A DNA stretch of 64,000 nt from Bacteroidales bacterium (GTDB taxonomy: Bacteria; Bacteroidota; Bacteroidia; Bacteroidales; UBA12077): assembly GCA_003446015.1 (NCBI GenBank), contig DMBU01000193.1, positions 11,833-75,832 on the forward strand, read 5' to 3'. The notes beneath the pieces were generated by a model that saw only the letters and a program-made list of their open reading frames with translations, had not been told where the DNA came from and did not search any database. Positions 30,478-39,391 of this stretch are shown piece after piece. The translations under genes were made by a program, and so were the position numbers. Position 1 is the first letter of the stretch; each line of letters starts with the position of its first letter.

Positions 30478-31986
30478 TTATAATGATTTTAATCTTTTAT
30501 TCATCAACCAGGGTGTAATGTTTTTACCCTTTTCATAATCAACATATGTATTATCCTCTATTTCGAGTTGAACATTATGATTAAGAGAAGCCCAGAAGGC
30601 TGCTATTAGTTCTTCATCTTCTTCCTGATAAAATAATTGTTTCATTTCATTTGGAATAAATGATGTTGAAATATCACCCGATTTAAATTTGGGATGATTC
30701 ATAACTGCCTTACAAAAAGGAATGGTTGTTTTTATACCTTTTATATATAATTTACTTAAAGCATTAAGGGTATTCTGTATAGCTTTTTCGCGTGTTTCTC
30801 CATAGCAAATTAATTTAGCAAGCATTGAATCAAAGTTAGCAGTTACATTGGATCCCTCTGATATGCCTGTATCAAATCTTACATTTTTTGTCTTTGCAAT
30901 TTGTATTTGATCAATAGTACCAAGAAAAGGAGAGAAGCCAGTTTGTACATCTTCAGCATTTATTCTGCATTCAATAGCCCATCCGGTTAATTTTACATCT
31001 TCTTGTTTAATATTTAATTCTTCATCCTGTGCAATACGTATTTGCCATTCAACCAGATCAAATCCTGTTACCATTTCCGTTACGGGATGTTCAACCTGGA
31101 TTCGCGTATTCATTTCCATAAAATAAAAATTACCTAACTCGTCCAACAAAAACTCTACAGTTCCTGCATTTCTATAATTAGATGCTTTTGCAATATTTAT
31201 TGCAGATTCTCCCATTTTAGCACGCAGCTCATCGTTCAAAGCAACAGAAGGCGATTCCTCAATTAACTTTTGGTGTTTACGCTGAATTGAACACTCTCGT
31301 TCGCCTAAATGAATTATATTTCCATGATGATCAGCGAGAATTTGAAATTCAATATGACGTGGATTTCGAACATATTTCTCCATAAATACTGATGGATCAG
31401 CAAATGCTTTTTCGGCTTCATTTTGAGCCATACGAAACATTTTCTCAATATCTTCTTCTTTTTCTACAATTCTCATTCCTCGTCCACCACCACCTGATGC
31501 CGCCTTTAGTATAACAGGATATCCAATTTTTTGAGCTAATAATTTTGCATGTTTTGTGTTCCGAATATTTCCATTACTACCTTCGAGTAAAGGAACATTA
31601 TTATTCGCTGCAATCTGTTTAGCAATAGTTTTATTACCTAATTTGTAAATAGCATCGGGAGAAGGACCAATGAAAATTATCTTTTCATCAATACATTTTT
31701 GAGCAAAATAGGGATTTTCAGCTAAATAACCGTAACCAGGATGAACTGCATCAATATCATATTCCTTTAATGCATAAATAATCCGATCAATATCTAAAAA
31801 CTCTGGAATATCATTTGTGAGTTCTGTAAAATCAATAACTTCATCCATAAACTCCAAATAATAAGCTCCCGGCTCTTTGGATGTTTTTATTCCGTAAGTT
31901 TTTATATCCATTTTTACGGCTGTTTCCGAAATACGTATGGCTATTTCACCTCGGTTTGCTATTAATATGGATTTTATTTTTTTCAT
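30478..31986 (-). CDS. accC: Biotin carboxylase subunit of an acyl-CoA carboxylase.
   Basis: 'ILIANRGEIAIRI', 'GYPVILKAASGGGGRGMRIV', 'EMNTRIQVEHPVTE', with ATP-grasp and BC C-terminal domains. Confidence 0.93.
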   Translation of the reverse strand: MKKIKSILIANRGEIAIRISETAVKMDIKTYGIKTSKEPGAYYLEFMDEVIDFTELTNDIPEFLDIDRIIYALKEYDIDAVHPGYGYLAENPYFAQKCIDEKIIFIGPSPDAIYKLGNKTIAKQIAANNNVPLLEGSNGNIRNTKHAKLLAQKIGYPVILKAASGGGGRGMRIVEKEEDIEKMFRMAQNEAEKAFADPSVFMEKYVRNPRHIEFQILADHHGNIIHLGERECSIQRKHQKLIEESPSVALNDELRAKMGESAINIAKASNYRNAGTVEFLLDELGNFYFMEMNTRIQVEHPVTEMVTGFDLVEWQIRIAQDEELNIKQEDVKLTGWAIECRINAEDVQTGFSPFLGTIDQIQIAKTKNVRFDTGISEGSNVTANFDSMLAKLICYGETREKAIQNTLNALSKLYIKGIKTTIPFCKAVMNHPKFKSGDISTSFIPNEMKQLFYQEEDEELIAAFWASLNHNVQLEIEDNTYVDYEKGKNITPWLMNKRLKSL

Positions 31987-32024
31987 AATATTAGTTGTAA
32001 TTCTTCATTTCAAAATAACAATTA

Positions 32025-33581
32025 TTATAAAGGAATGTTCCCGTGTTTTCTCTCTGGTTGATCAACATGTTTATTTTCCAGTGTTTCGAATGCTATTATA
32101 AGCTTTTTACGAGTATCAGCAGGATCTATAACTTCATCAATATACCCTTTTTCGTCAGCGATATATGGATTTGCAACTTCATGTCTGTACTTTGCAGCAA
32201 ATTCCATTTTCAATTTTTTAGGATCTTCTGTACTTTGTATTTCTTTTCGATATAGAATAGAAACAGCTCCTTCAGGCCCCATTACAGCAATTTCGGCAGT
32301 TGGCCATGCAAAATTATAGTCACCACCAATATTTTTACTGTTCATCACACAGAAGGCTCCACCATAAGCTTTTCTTAAAATAACAGTAATCTTAGGAACT
32401 GTAGCCTCACTAAATGCAAATAACAGCTTTGCACCATGTTTAATGATTCCATTATGCTCCTGATTTAAACCTGGCAGAAATCCAGGCACATCTTCAAGAA
32501 CTAACAATGGAATGTTAAAAGCATCGCAGAATCTCACAAATCGAGCTGCTTTATTCGAAGAATTTATATCGATAACACCAGCAAGTATTTTTGGTTGATT
32601 CGCAACAATTCCAATCGCTTTGCCATTAAGTCGGGCAAACCCGGTTACAATATTAGGAGCAAAAAGTTCAGATGCTTCAAAGAACGAATCCTGATCGATA
32701 ATTAACTCAATAACTTTTTTAACATCATACGGTTTATTAGGATCATCAGGAACTATTAATCTGAGTTTGTCAACATCCTTTTCTTTTTTTGAGCTTGGTT
32801 CAATGTAAGGCGGATTCTCTAAGTTGTTTGAAGGGAAAAAAGATAACAGTTTTTTTACACCTAAAATTGTATTTTCTTCATCTTCGTAAATGAAATTTGC
32901 CACACCGCTTTTTCGTGCATGAGTTTCAGCACCTCCTAATTCATCGAAAGTAACTACTTCATTCAGAACTTCCTTTACTACATCTGGCCCTGTAAGAAAC
33001 ATGTAACTTGTTTTCTTGGTCATGAAAACAAAATCTGTGAGAGCTGGTGAGTATACAGCACCACCAGCAGCTGGTCCAAGAATAACAGAAATTTGAGGGA
33101 TAACTCCAGAAGATCTAATATTATTATGAAAAATACTTGTGTAACCCGCCAAACTTGCTACTCCTTCTTGAATACGTGCTCCACCAGAATCAATTAAACC
33201 TATTATAGGAGCACCAACACGTAAGGCCAGTTCTTGTACTTTCATTATTTTTCTCGCATGCACAGCTCCCAGAGATCCTCCCATAACAGTAAAATCCTGT
33301 GAATAAACATACACCAATCGACCATTAACTCTACCATGACCTATTACAACACCGTCACCGAACGCTTCATCAATTTTCCCAAAACCTGTGTCAGGGGTTG
33401 CTGATGTAACAAACGCATCCAGCTCTTCAAATGAGTTTTTATCAAAAAGTAAAGCAATACGTTCACGTGCATGTAATTTGCCTTTAAGGTGTTGCTTTTT
33501 ATTTTTATCAGGTCCATTTTGAACTTTAAATCGTTCAATTCTGCTCAGAAAATCTTTGTATATTTTACCATTTACATCCAT
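32025..33581 (-). CDS. Acyl-CoA carboxylase carboxyltransferase subunit (PccB / methylmalonyl-CoA carboxyltransferase-like).
   Basis: 'GKLHARERIALLFD', 'DFTVMGGSLG', 'GLIDSGGARIQEG', 'VILGPAAGGAVYSPALTDF' and 'AYGGAFCVM' are carboxyl_trans-family blocks. Confidence 0.92.
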   Translation of the reverse strand: MDVNGKIYKDFLSRIERFKVQNGPDKNKKQHLKGKLHARERIALLFDKNSFEELDAFVTSATPDTGFGKIDEAFGDGVVIGHGRVNGRLVYVYSQDFTVMGGSLGAVHARKIMKVQELALRVGAPIIGLIDSGGARIQEGVASLAGYTSIFHNNIRSSGVIPQISVILGPAAGGAVYSPALTDFVFMTKKTSYMFLTGPDVVKEVLNEVVTFDELGGAETHARKSGVANFIYEDEENTILGVKKLLSFFPSNNLENPPYIEPSSKKEKDVDKLRLIVPDDPNKPYDVKKVIELIIDQDSFFEASELFAPNIVTGFARLNGKAIGIVANQPKILAGVIDINSSNKAARFVRFCDAFNIPLLVLEDVPGFLPGLNQEHNGIIKHGAKLLFAFSEATVPKITVILRKAYGGAFCVMNSKNIGGDYNFAWPTAEIAVMGPEGAVSILYRKEIQSTEDPKKLKMEFAAKYRHEVANPYIADEKGYIDEVIDPADTRKKLIIAFETLENKHVDQPERKHGNIPL

Positions 33582-34012
33582 AAAACCAGGATTAAATATT
33601 TATTTTATGTTTTATAACAGTTCTAAATTTTTAGGCACAGGTATAAAATTCTTTGTAATTTATTGTTTAACAAGTTTTTATCGATTTGCTTATTTTCTAG
33701 AATTACCCTTTTATCCCTAAATATTTACAAGGATAAATATATAAAAATATTGTTATAGTCAAATTTTAAAATCCTTAAATTAATTAACACAACAGATTTA
33801 TTAAAGTTCATTTTCAATATTTTACCTGAAGCAATTTCCCTTGGATTAATTAATAAATAAAGCTTTCAATTAATAATTCGAAAATTTCAATCGTTTGCGA
33901 TAGAGTCTTAACTCGACTGCATTCGGCATTCTTAATCATTTACTTTAGGATGCTTAAAATTTGAAAAATCATTCCTAATTTTTAACTTGTTAAGTTTTTA
34001 AAAAATAACAGC

Positions 34013-36316
34013 ATGAGAAATCTAATTCTACTTTTGTTTGTATCCTTATTTTTTCAGGGAAATGCACAAGAATTTACTTATAAGGAAAAGAAGGAGCTTC
34101 AAGGGTATCCTGAATATATTATGGATAGTAAATTTTCTCCTTTTCGAAATTATTTTGCACTTACCATTGGAAATAATACAATAGAAATCTATGATAAAGA
34201 TTGGAAGAAAATCTTTTCTTATCAGGGAAATCCAAAATCTGTTGGAGGTCATATTTCTTTTTCACCTGACGAAAAATACCTTGCTTATGCAAAATATAAG
34301 AGCGATAATGATATAGCAATAATCAGGTTGCAAGATCGTAAAGTAATCCAGGTGTTGAACGGACATTCCTATAATATAAATAAAGTGGAATTTAGTCACA
34401 ACGGTAAATATTTGGCTAGTGCATCATCCGACAAATCTGTTTGTGTTTGGGCTTGGCAAGAAGATCAATTAGTGTTACTGCAAAAGTTTACATACGAAGA
34501 CGCCGCCATGGGTGTAAGCTTTAATTACAACGATGAATATTTAATCACAGGTGGTTACGATAAAAGGATTTATTTGTACCGGAATACAAATACTAACTAT
34601 ATAATTAGCGACACCATTCCAAGTATAAAATACTGGCTTTATGATGTGTGTTTTCATCCTTCGAAGAATGAATTTGTAGCTTCTACTCAATATGAACTTA
34701 GACGATATGACTTAAAAAACCATAGAATTGAACTAAAAGACAGTTTGATAATCCGTGTAAATCGTTCGTTAAAATACAATTCAACAGGTGATTATTTGGT
34801 GTTTGGTAAAAACGAAGATTTAGTGATCGTACAAATGACTCCTAACGAGATGAAGGAATTTGAGCATATTTATCGTCACAGCGATTATGTCTTTGGAGGA
34901 ACATTTAGTGAAGATGGATTATTCCTGACTTCGTTCAGTTCAGACAAATCATCTATTGTTTGGGAACTTACCGGAGTTGAACCATCAAATAAATCTTTAA
35001 TAACTGACTACATGGAAGGAGAGTTAACATCAGCTCAAAAACTCATATTGACTTCTGAAGTTATTGAAAGCATATTATATAAATTAGATAAAAAATTAAC
35101 GGCTTCCCGAAATGAGTTTGAAACTACAATTCAATATTCTGACCGAAGAGATAAATTGAAATCAGAAGTCTTAGCTCAATTACAATATCATACTGAAAAA
35201 TATTTTAATTTAACGTCAAAAGCAGGAGGAAAGATTGAAATTCCGATAGACCGATTGGTAGGTTATAATGCCGATTTGCAAATTTATAAAATCAGGTTTT
35301 TGGAAACTGATGCCGGAATTAAAATTCCGATTGAAGATGCCAAAACATTTAAAGATAACTGGCAAAAAGCATATTTGCAGGTAAATAAAACGAAAGATAA
35401 AAATGGTATCTCGTATGAATATTCAAGTTTTGAACTGGTACATCCCATTAGTAAAAAGACGTTTGAAGTTACTCCAGTTGAGAATCCATTCCATGTTATT
35501 AAAAAGAATAGAAATATTGCTGCAGAAGACAGCAGATCAGAAGATCAGGTTACAAAAAAAGAAAAGCAAGCTGTTGGAGAAGACATCTTAGGAGTAGATC
35601 GGGCGTTAATATTCGCAACCAGCATTTACGATTCGTTTTCTGAACTTGTAAATCCTGTTATTGATGCAACAACCGTTGCCGAAGAATTAAAATCAAACTA
35701 TTTTGTGCAGACAGAATTGATTGTAAATCCAACCTTGAAAGAAGCAATTGAGAAAATACGTGAGTATGCAAAATTAGATTATAATGAGAACGACAATCTT
35801 TTAATTTTTTTCGCTGGCCATGGAATGTACGATGAAGTTTTTAAAGAAGGATACGTAATTTCGCGTGATTCGAAATCCGATGATGTTGCCAAAACTTCGT
35901 ATTTATCACATTCTAATTTGCGAACTATGATAAATAATATCCCGTGTAATCATATATTATTGGTTATGGATGTTTGTTTTGGAGGTACTTTCGATCCATT
36001 GATTGCTTCGAAAAGCCGTGCAGCAGATATGTATACAGAAGTTACCAATGAGGAGTTCATACAACGAAAAAAGAAATATAAAACCCGTTTATATTTAACC
36101 TCAGGAGGTAAGGAATATGTGCCCGACGGCCGTCCCGGGCATCATTCACCTTTTGCCCGAAAGTTTTTAGAGGCATTAAGAAATTATGGTGGAAACGATG
36201 GTATTCTAACCATTAATGAAGTTATTCAATATGTTGAAAAAGTAGAACCACAACCTCGGTTTGGCGAATTTGGTGATAACGAACCGGGAAGTGATTTTAT
36301 TTTATTAGTAAAATAG
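34013..36316 (+). CDS. Exported WD40 beta-propeller / caspase-family (peptidase C14-like) fusion protein.
   Basis: 767 aa. Signal peptide MRNLILLLFVSLFFQGNAQ. About 7 WD repeats, e.g. 'GHSYNINKVEFSHNGKYLASASSDKSVCVWAW'. The middle domain of about 200 aa is unassigned. The C-terminal caspase fold has 'LLIFFAGHGMYD' (His603, codon 35819..35821) and 'ILLVMDVCFGG' (Cys655, codon 35975..35977). Confidence 0.8.
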   Translation: MRNLILLLFVSLFFQGNAQEFTYKEKKELQGYPEYIMDSKFSPFRNYFALTIGNNTIEIYDKDWKKIFSYQGNPKSVGGHISFSPDEKYLAYAKYKSDNDIAIIRLQDRKVIQVLNGHSYNINKVEFSHNGKYLASASSDKSVCVWAWQEDQLVLLQKFTYEDAAMGVSFNYNDEYLITGGYDKRIYLYRNTNTNYIISDTIPSIKYWLYDVCFHPSKNEFVASTQYELRRYDLKNHRIELKDSLIIRVNRSLKYNSTGDYLVFGKNEDLVIVQMTPNEMKEFEHIYRHSDYVFGGTFSEDGLFLTSFSSDKSSIVWELTGVEPSNKSLITDYMEGELTSAQKLILTSEVIESILYKLDKKLTASRNEFETTIQYSDRRDKLKSEVLAQLQYHTEKYFNLTSKAGGKIEIPIDRLVGYNADLQIYKIRFLETDAGIKIPIEDAKTFKDNWQKAYLQVNKTKDKNGISYEYSSFELVHPISKKTFEVTPVENPFHVIKKNRNIAAEDSRSEDQVTKKEKQAVGEDILGVDRALIFATSIYDSFSELVNPVIDATTVAEELKSNYFVQTELIVNPTLKEAIEKIREYAKLDYNENDNLLIFFAGHGMYDEVFKEGYVISRDSKSDDVAKTSYLSHSNLRTMINNIPCNHILLVMDVCFGGTFDPLIASKSRAADMYTEVTNEEFIQRKKKYKTRLYLTSGGKEYVPDGRPGHHSPFARKFLEALRNYGGNDGILTINEVIQYVEKVEPQPRFGEFGDNEPGSDFILLVK

Positions 36317-36326
36317 TAAGTAAAGT

Positions 36327-36860
36327 ATGAAAACAATTGTAGTATATTATTCCAGAAAAGGAAGTAATAAGTATTTAGCAAATAAAATTGCAGATACCTT
36401 ATCATGTGAAATAGAAGAAATAAAACCTCGTTTGAATGTTTTTCTTTTATTTCTGATGAATATCCATTTGGGTATTAAGCCCTTGAAAAATAATCCAGAG
36501 AAATTTGATAAGGTAATTTTATGCGGACCAATATGGATGGGAAGATTTATTCCTCCATTGAATAGTTTTGTACATAAAAATTTGAATAGTATTAAGCAAT
36601 TAGTATTTGTAACTTGTTGTGGTAGTTCATATGATAAAAAAGATGAGAAGTTTGGTCATGGATTAGTTTTCAAAGAAGTTAAAGAGATATTGAATGAAAA
36701 ATGTATTCTTTGTCAGGCATTTCCCATTGATTTGGTTTTATCTGAAGATCAGAAAGGAGATGACGCCGCATTTATGAATACACATTTAAGTGATTCGAAC
36801 TTTAAAGGTGAGATTCAGTTTCGTTTTGATAAGTTTATAGAAACGTTACACAAAATATAA
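36327..36860 (+). CDS. Flavodoxin-like fold protein.
   Basis: 'MKTIVVYYSRKGSNKYLANKIA' flavodoxin-type N-terminus and 'FDKVILCGPIWMG'. 10-nt gap after the caspase gene. Confidence 0.5.
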   Translation: MKTIVVYYSRKGSNKYLANKIADTLSCEIEEIKPRLNVFLLFLMNIHLGIKPLKNNPEKFDKVILCGPIWMGRFIPPLNSFVHKNLNSIKQLVFVTCCGSSYDKKDEKFGHGLVFKEVKEILNEKCILCQAFPIDLVLSEDQKGDDAAFMNTHLSDSNFKGEIQFRFDKFIETLHKI

Positions 36861-36931
36861 AAAATTGGGAATTCTTTGTTTTATCGGAAATAATGTGATA
36901 ACTTTGTAATTACATTATAAAAAATAGAGTT

Positions 36932-37177
36932 ATGGATATTTCAATTGTTCCAATAGGTAATTCAAAAGGGATTAGACTGAGCAAAACACTACTTGAAAAG
37001 TATAATATCAAGGACAAAGTTGAGTTGATTCTTGAGAAAGGTTATATCATAATAAAACCAAAATCTGAACCAAGAAAAGGTTGGGAAAAAGCTTTTAAGA
37101 AAATGCATGAGAGTGGAGATGATAAGCCATTAATGAATGACGTTTTTGAAGACGAAAATTTTGAAGAATGGCAATAA
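36932..37177 (+). CDS. mazE: AbrB/MazE/SpoVT-family antitoxin.
   Basis: 81 aa. 'IGNSKGIRLSKTLLEKYNI...VELILEKGYIIIKP' is a swapped-hairpin AbrB fold motif. Overlaps the toxin gene by 10 nt. Confidence 0.8.
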   Translation: MDISIVPIGNSKGIRLSKTLLEKYNIKDKVELILEKGYIIIKPKSEPRKGWEKAFKKMHESGDDKPLMNDVFEDENFEEWQ

Positions 37178-37491
37178 ATCAGTATGAAATTGTATTAGTT
37201 AATCTTGACCCTACGATTGGTAGTGAGATTAAAAAAACTCGTCCTTGTGTGGTAATTTCTCCAAACGAGATGAATAAGTATTTAAATACAGTCGTTATTG
37301 CTCCAATGACAAGTCAATCTAAGAATTATCCTACGAGAGTTTCAGTAAAACATGATAACAAGAAAGGCTGGATTGTTCTTGACCAAATTAGAACAATTGA
37401 CAAGCAAAGAATTATTAAAACACTTGATAATTTATCTGAAAAGGAAATTGAAGAAGTTAAGGTGAAAATGAAGGAAACATTTGTAGACTAA
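37168..37491 (+). CDS. mazF: MazF/PemK-family type II toxin endoribonuclease.
   Basis: 'YEIVLVNLDPTIGSEIKKTRPCVVISPNEMN...VVIAPMTS...DQIRTIDKQR' is a classic PemK/MazF signature. Confidence 0.9.
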   Translation: MAINQYEIVLVNLDPTIGSEIKKTRPCVVISPNEMNKYLNTVVIAPMTSQSKNYPTRVSVKHDNKKGWIVLDQIRTIDKQRIIKTLDNLSEKEIEEVKVKMKETFVD

Positions 37492-37629
37492 ATTTTTATT
37501 CAGTATTCGACAACATTTCTTATTACATGCAAGGGTTTAGTGGTTTTAGACAAATCTTGTTCTCTTTAACTAAAAGGGGATAATGAAACGGGACGCAATA
37601 AGCACATCACAAGACCCTGACACGCTAAC

Positions 37630-38103
37630 TTACCAAAACAAACTTTTTTGCTGAATAGCTCCTTCGTGCTCTAAAAGCCATTGTTTTTTTAGTAATCCGC
37701 CTGCATAACCTGTTAAACTTCCATCATTACCAATTACTCTATGGCATGGTATAATAATAGGTATAGGATTCTTGCCATTTGCTGATGCAATAGCTCTAAT
37801 AGCTTTCTCATCGCCAAATTGTTTAGCCATTTCAATGTATGAGATAGTTTTTCCATAAGGAATTTTTAAGAGTAGGTTCCAAACTTTGCCCTGAAACTCT
37901 GTTCCTGACGGGTTAATTCCTATTTTGAATTCTTTACGTTCACCTTTAAAATATTCATCCAATTGTGTAATACATTTTTGTATTTGAACCGGAATCATCT
38001 GCATCTTAAAGAAATCATCTGTAAAATCAATTCTTATAATATCAGTATCATTCGAGATTATTCTCAGGTTGCCAATGGGTGATTTATAATAAGCTTCGAA
38101 CAT
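37630..38103 (-). CDS. ogt: Methylated-DNA--protein-cysteine methyltransferase.
   Basis: 'GKTISYIEMA...RAIASANGKNPIPIIIPCHRVIG' contains the PCHR active site. Confidence 0.9.
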   Translation of the reverse strand: MFEAYYKSPIGNLRIISNDTDIIRIDFTDDFFKMQMIPVQIQKCITQLDEYFKGERKEFKIGINPSGTEFQGKVWNLLLKIPYGKTISYIEMAKQFGDEKAIRAIASANGKNPIPIIIPCHRVIGNDGSLTGYAGGLLKKQWLLEHEGAIQQKSLFW

Positions 38104-38105
38104 GA

Positions 38106-38573
38106 TTACTTAATATATTCTTTTATGAGCTTTTTGGGGACTCCAGTCTTTTTGTAAATTTCTTCAATTGTTAGTTCTTCAAAATACATCCTCTTAATAA
38201 AAACCTGCAATTTCTCGCCTATCTCAATGAGATTATTATCGGGATCATAAAAACGAATTGTCTTTTGTCCCCAGGTTTCCTCATTTAAATCATGATGAAT
38301 TGTGATATGATTCTTTTCAATTAATCTCTTAATTTCATTAATATCATCGGTTTCAAAATAAAGCTCAAGACATTTGTTAGGATTGAATTTATCATAAAAA
38401 TCTTTATTTAATACATGCCAATCAGGAACTTGCCACAATGATAAACCATTTTTTAAAGAAATATTATTTCCAAAATCTGTTTCTATTTTCTGTTTTAGAA
38501 TATTGCAATAAAATTCTTTGGATACTTCTATATTCTTTACAAATAGTACCGATGAGTGAAATTTTAATTTCAT
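38106..38573 (-). CDS. VOC (glyoxalase/bleomycin-resistance) family protein with a short C-terminal helical tail.
   Basis: 'HSSVLFVKNIEVSKEFY' and 'FYDPDNNLIEI' are VOC beta-alpha-beta-beta-beta modules. 2-nt gap to ogt. Confidence 0.7.
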   Translation of the reverse strand: MKLKFHSSVLFVKNIEVSKEFYCNILKQKIETDFGNNISLKNGLSLWQVPDWHVLNKDFYDKFNPNKCLELYFETDDINEIKRLIEKNHITIHHDLNEETWGQKTIRFYDPDNNLIEIGEKLQVFIKRMYFEELTIEEIYKKTGVPKKLIKEYIK

Positions 38574-38662
38574 TATAATTCATTTTACTCATTCCTTGAT
38601 GTAATCAAGTGCTGTTTGGAAACTATACTGATGATTTCTTTTTTGATGAATGAAACACAGTT

Positions 38663-39214
38663 TCACTGTTTACTAAGTTCTTTTTCAATTGTTTCCTTTA
38701 GTTTTGCAAATTCTTTATCGTCAAAACCTGTTGCCTGATATATAATTCTTCCTTCACGATCTAAAACAATGTTTCTTGGAATGTATCGCTCAGCAAATAG
38801 CGAATATATTTTCCTGCCGGGATCAGGAACTATATTAAAGGTATATCCTGTTTTTTCCTTAAAAGAAATCATTTCATCAGCATTATGTTCTCTGCCAAAA
38901 ACAATAAGTTCAAAGTTTTTGTTATCCTTATGTTTTGCCCAAATATCACTCTCGATAAATGGAAGTTCTTTTATACAAATAGGACAAGAGGTTGCAAAAA
39001 AGTTCATAAATACAATTTTCCCTTTCAGAGCATTAATATTAACTGTGTCATTGCTTAGGGTTATAAAAGTAAATTCGGGAACTTCTTGTCTAACTTTGAT
39101 TAATGTTGATTTGATGACATCTTCTTTAGCCTCTCTTTCAGCCTTTTTTTCTTTGTAATTACAAGAATATAAACCAATTAGTAAAACTGAAAAGATTAAT
39201 ATTGTTTTTCTCAT
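38663..39214 (-). CDS. TlpA-like thiol:disulfide oxidoreductase lipoprotein.
   Basis: Lipobox 'GLYSC' and thioredoxin fold 'VFMNFFATSCPICIKELP' (CxxC). Confidence 0.85.
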   Translation of the reverse strand: MRKTILIFSVLLIGLYSCNYKEKKAEREAKEDVIKSTLIKVRQEVPEFTFITLSNDTVNINALKGKIVFMNFFATSCPICIKELPFIESDIWAKHKDNKNFELIVFGREHNADEMISFKEKTGYTFNIVPDPGRKIYSLFAERYIPRNIVLDREGRIIYQATGFDDKEFAKLKETIEKELSKQ

Positions 39215-39391
39215 TGTTTAAAATTTAAATTTTTTATGATGACCAATTTACATCAATTTATTTTATTTCACATATAAATAACCTCAGTTTATTAATACCT
39301 TTCGTAATTTCACTTATTGTTTTAATTCAAATTTAAACTTTCTAGTAATATTGTAATCTTATATTCGTAATACACTTAATTAAACTTGATT

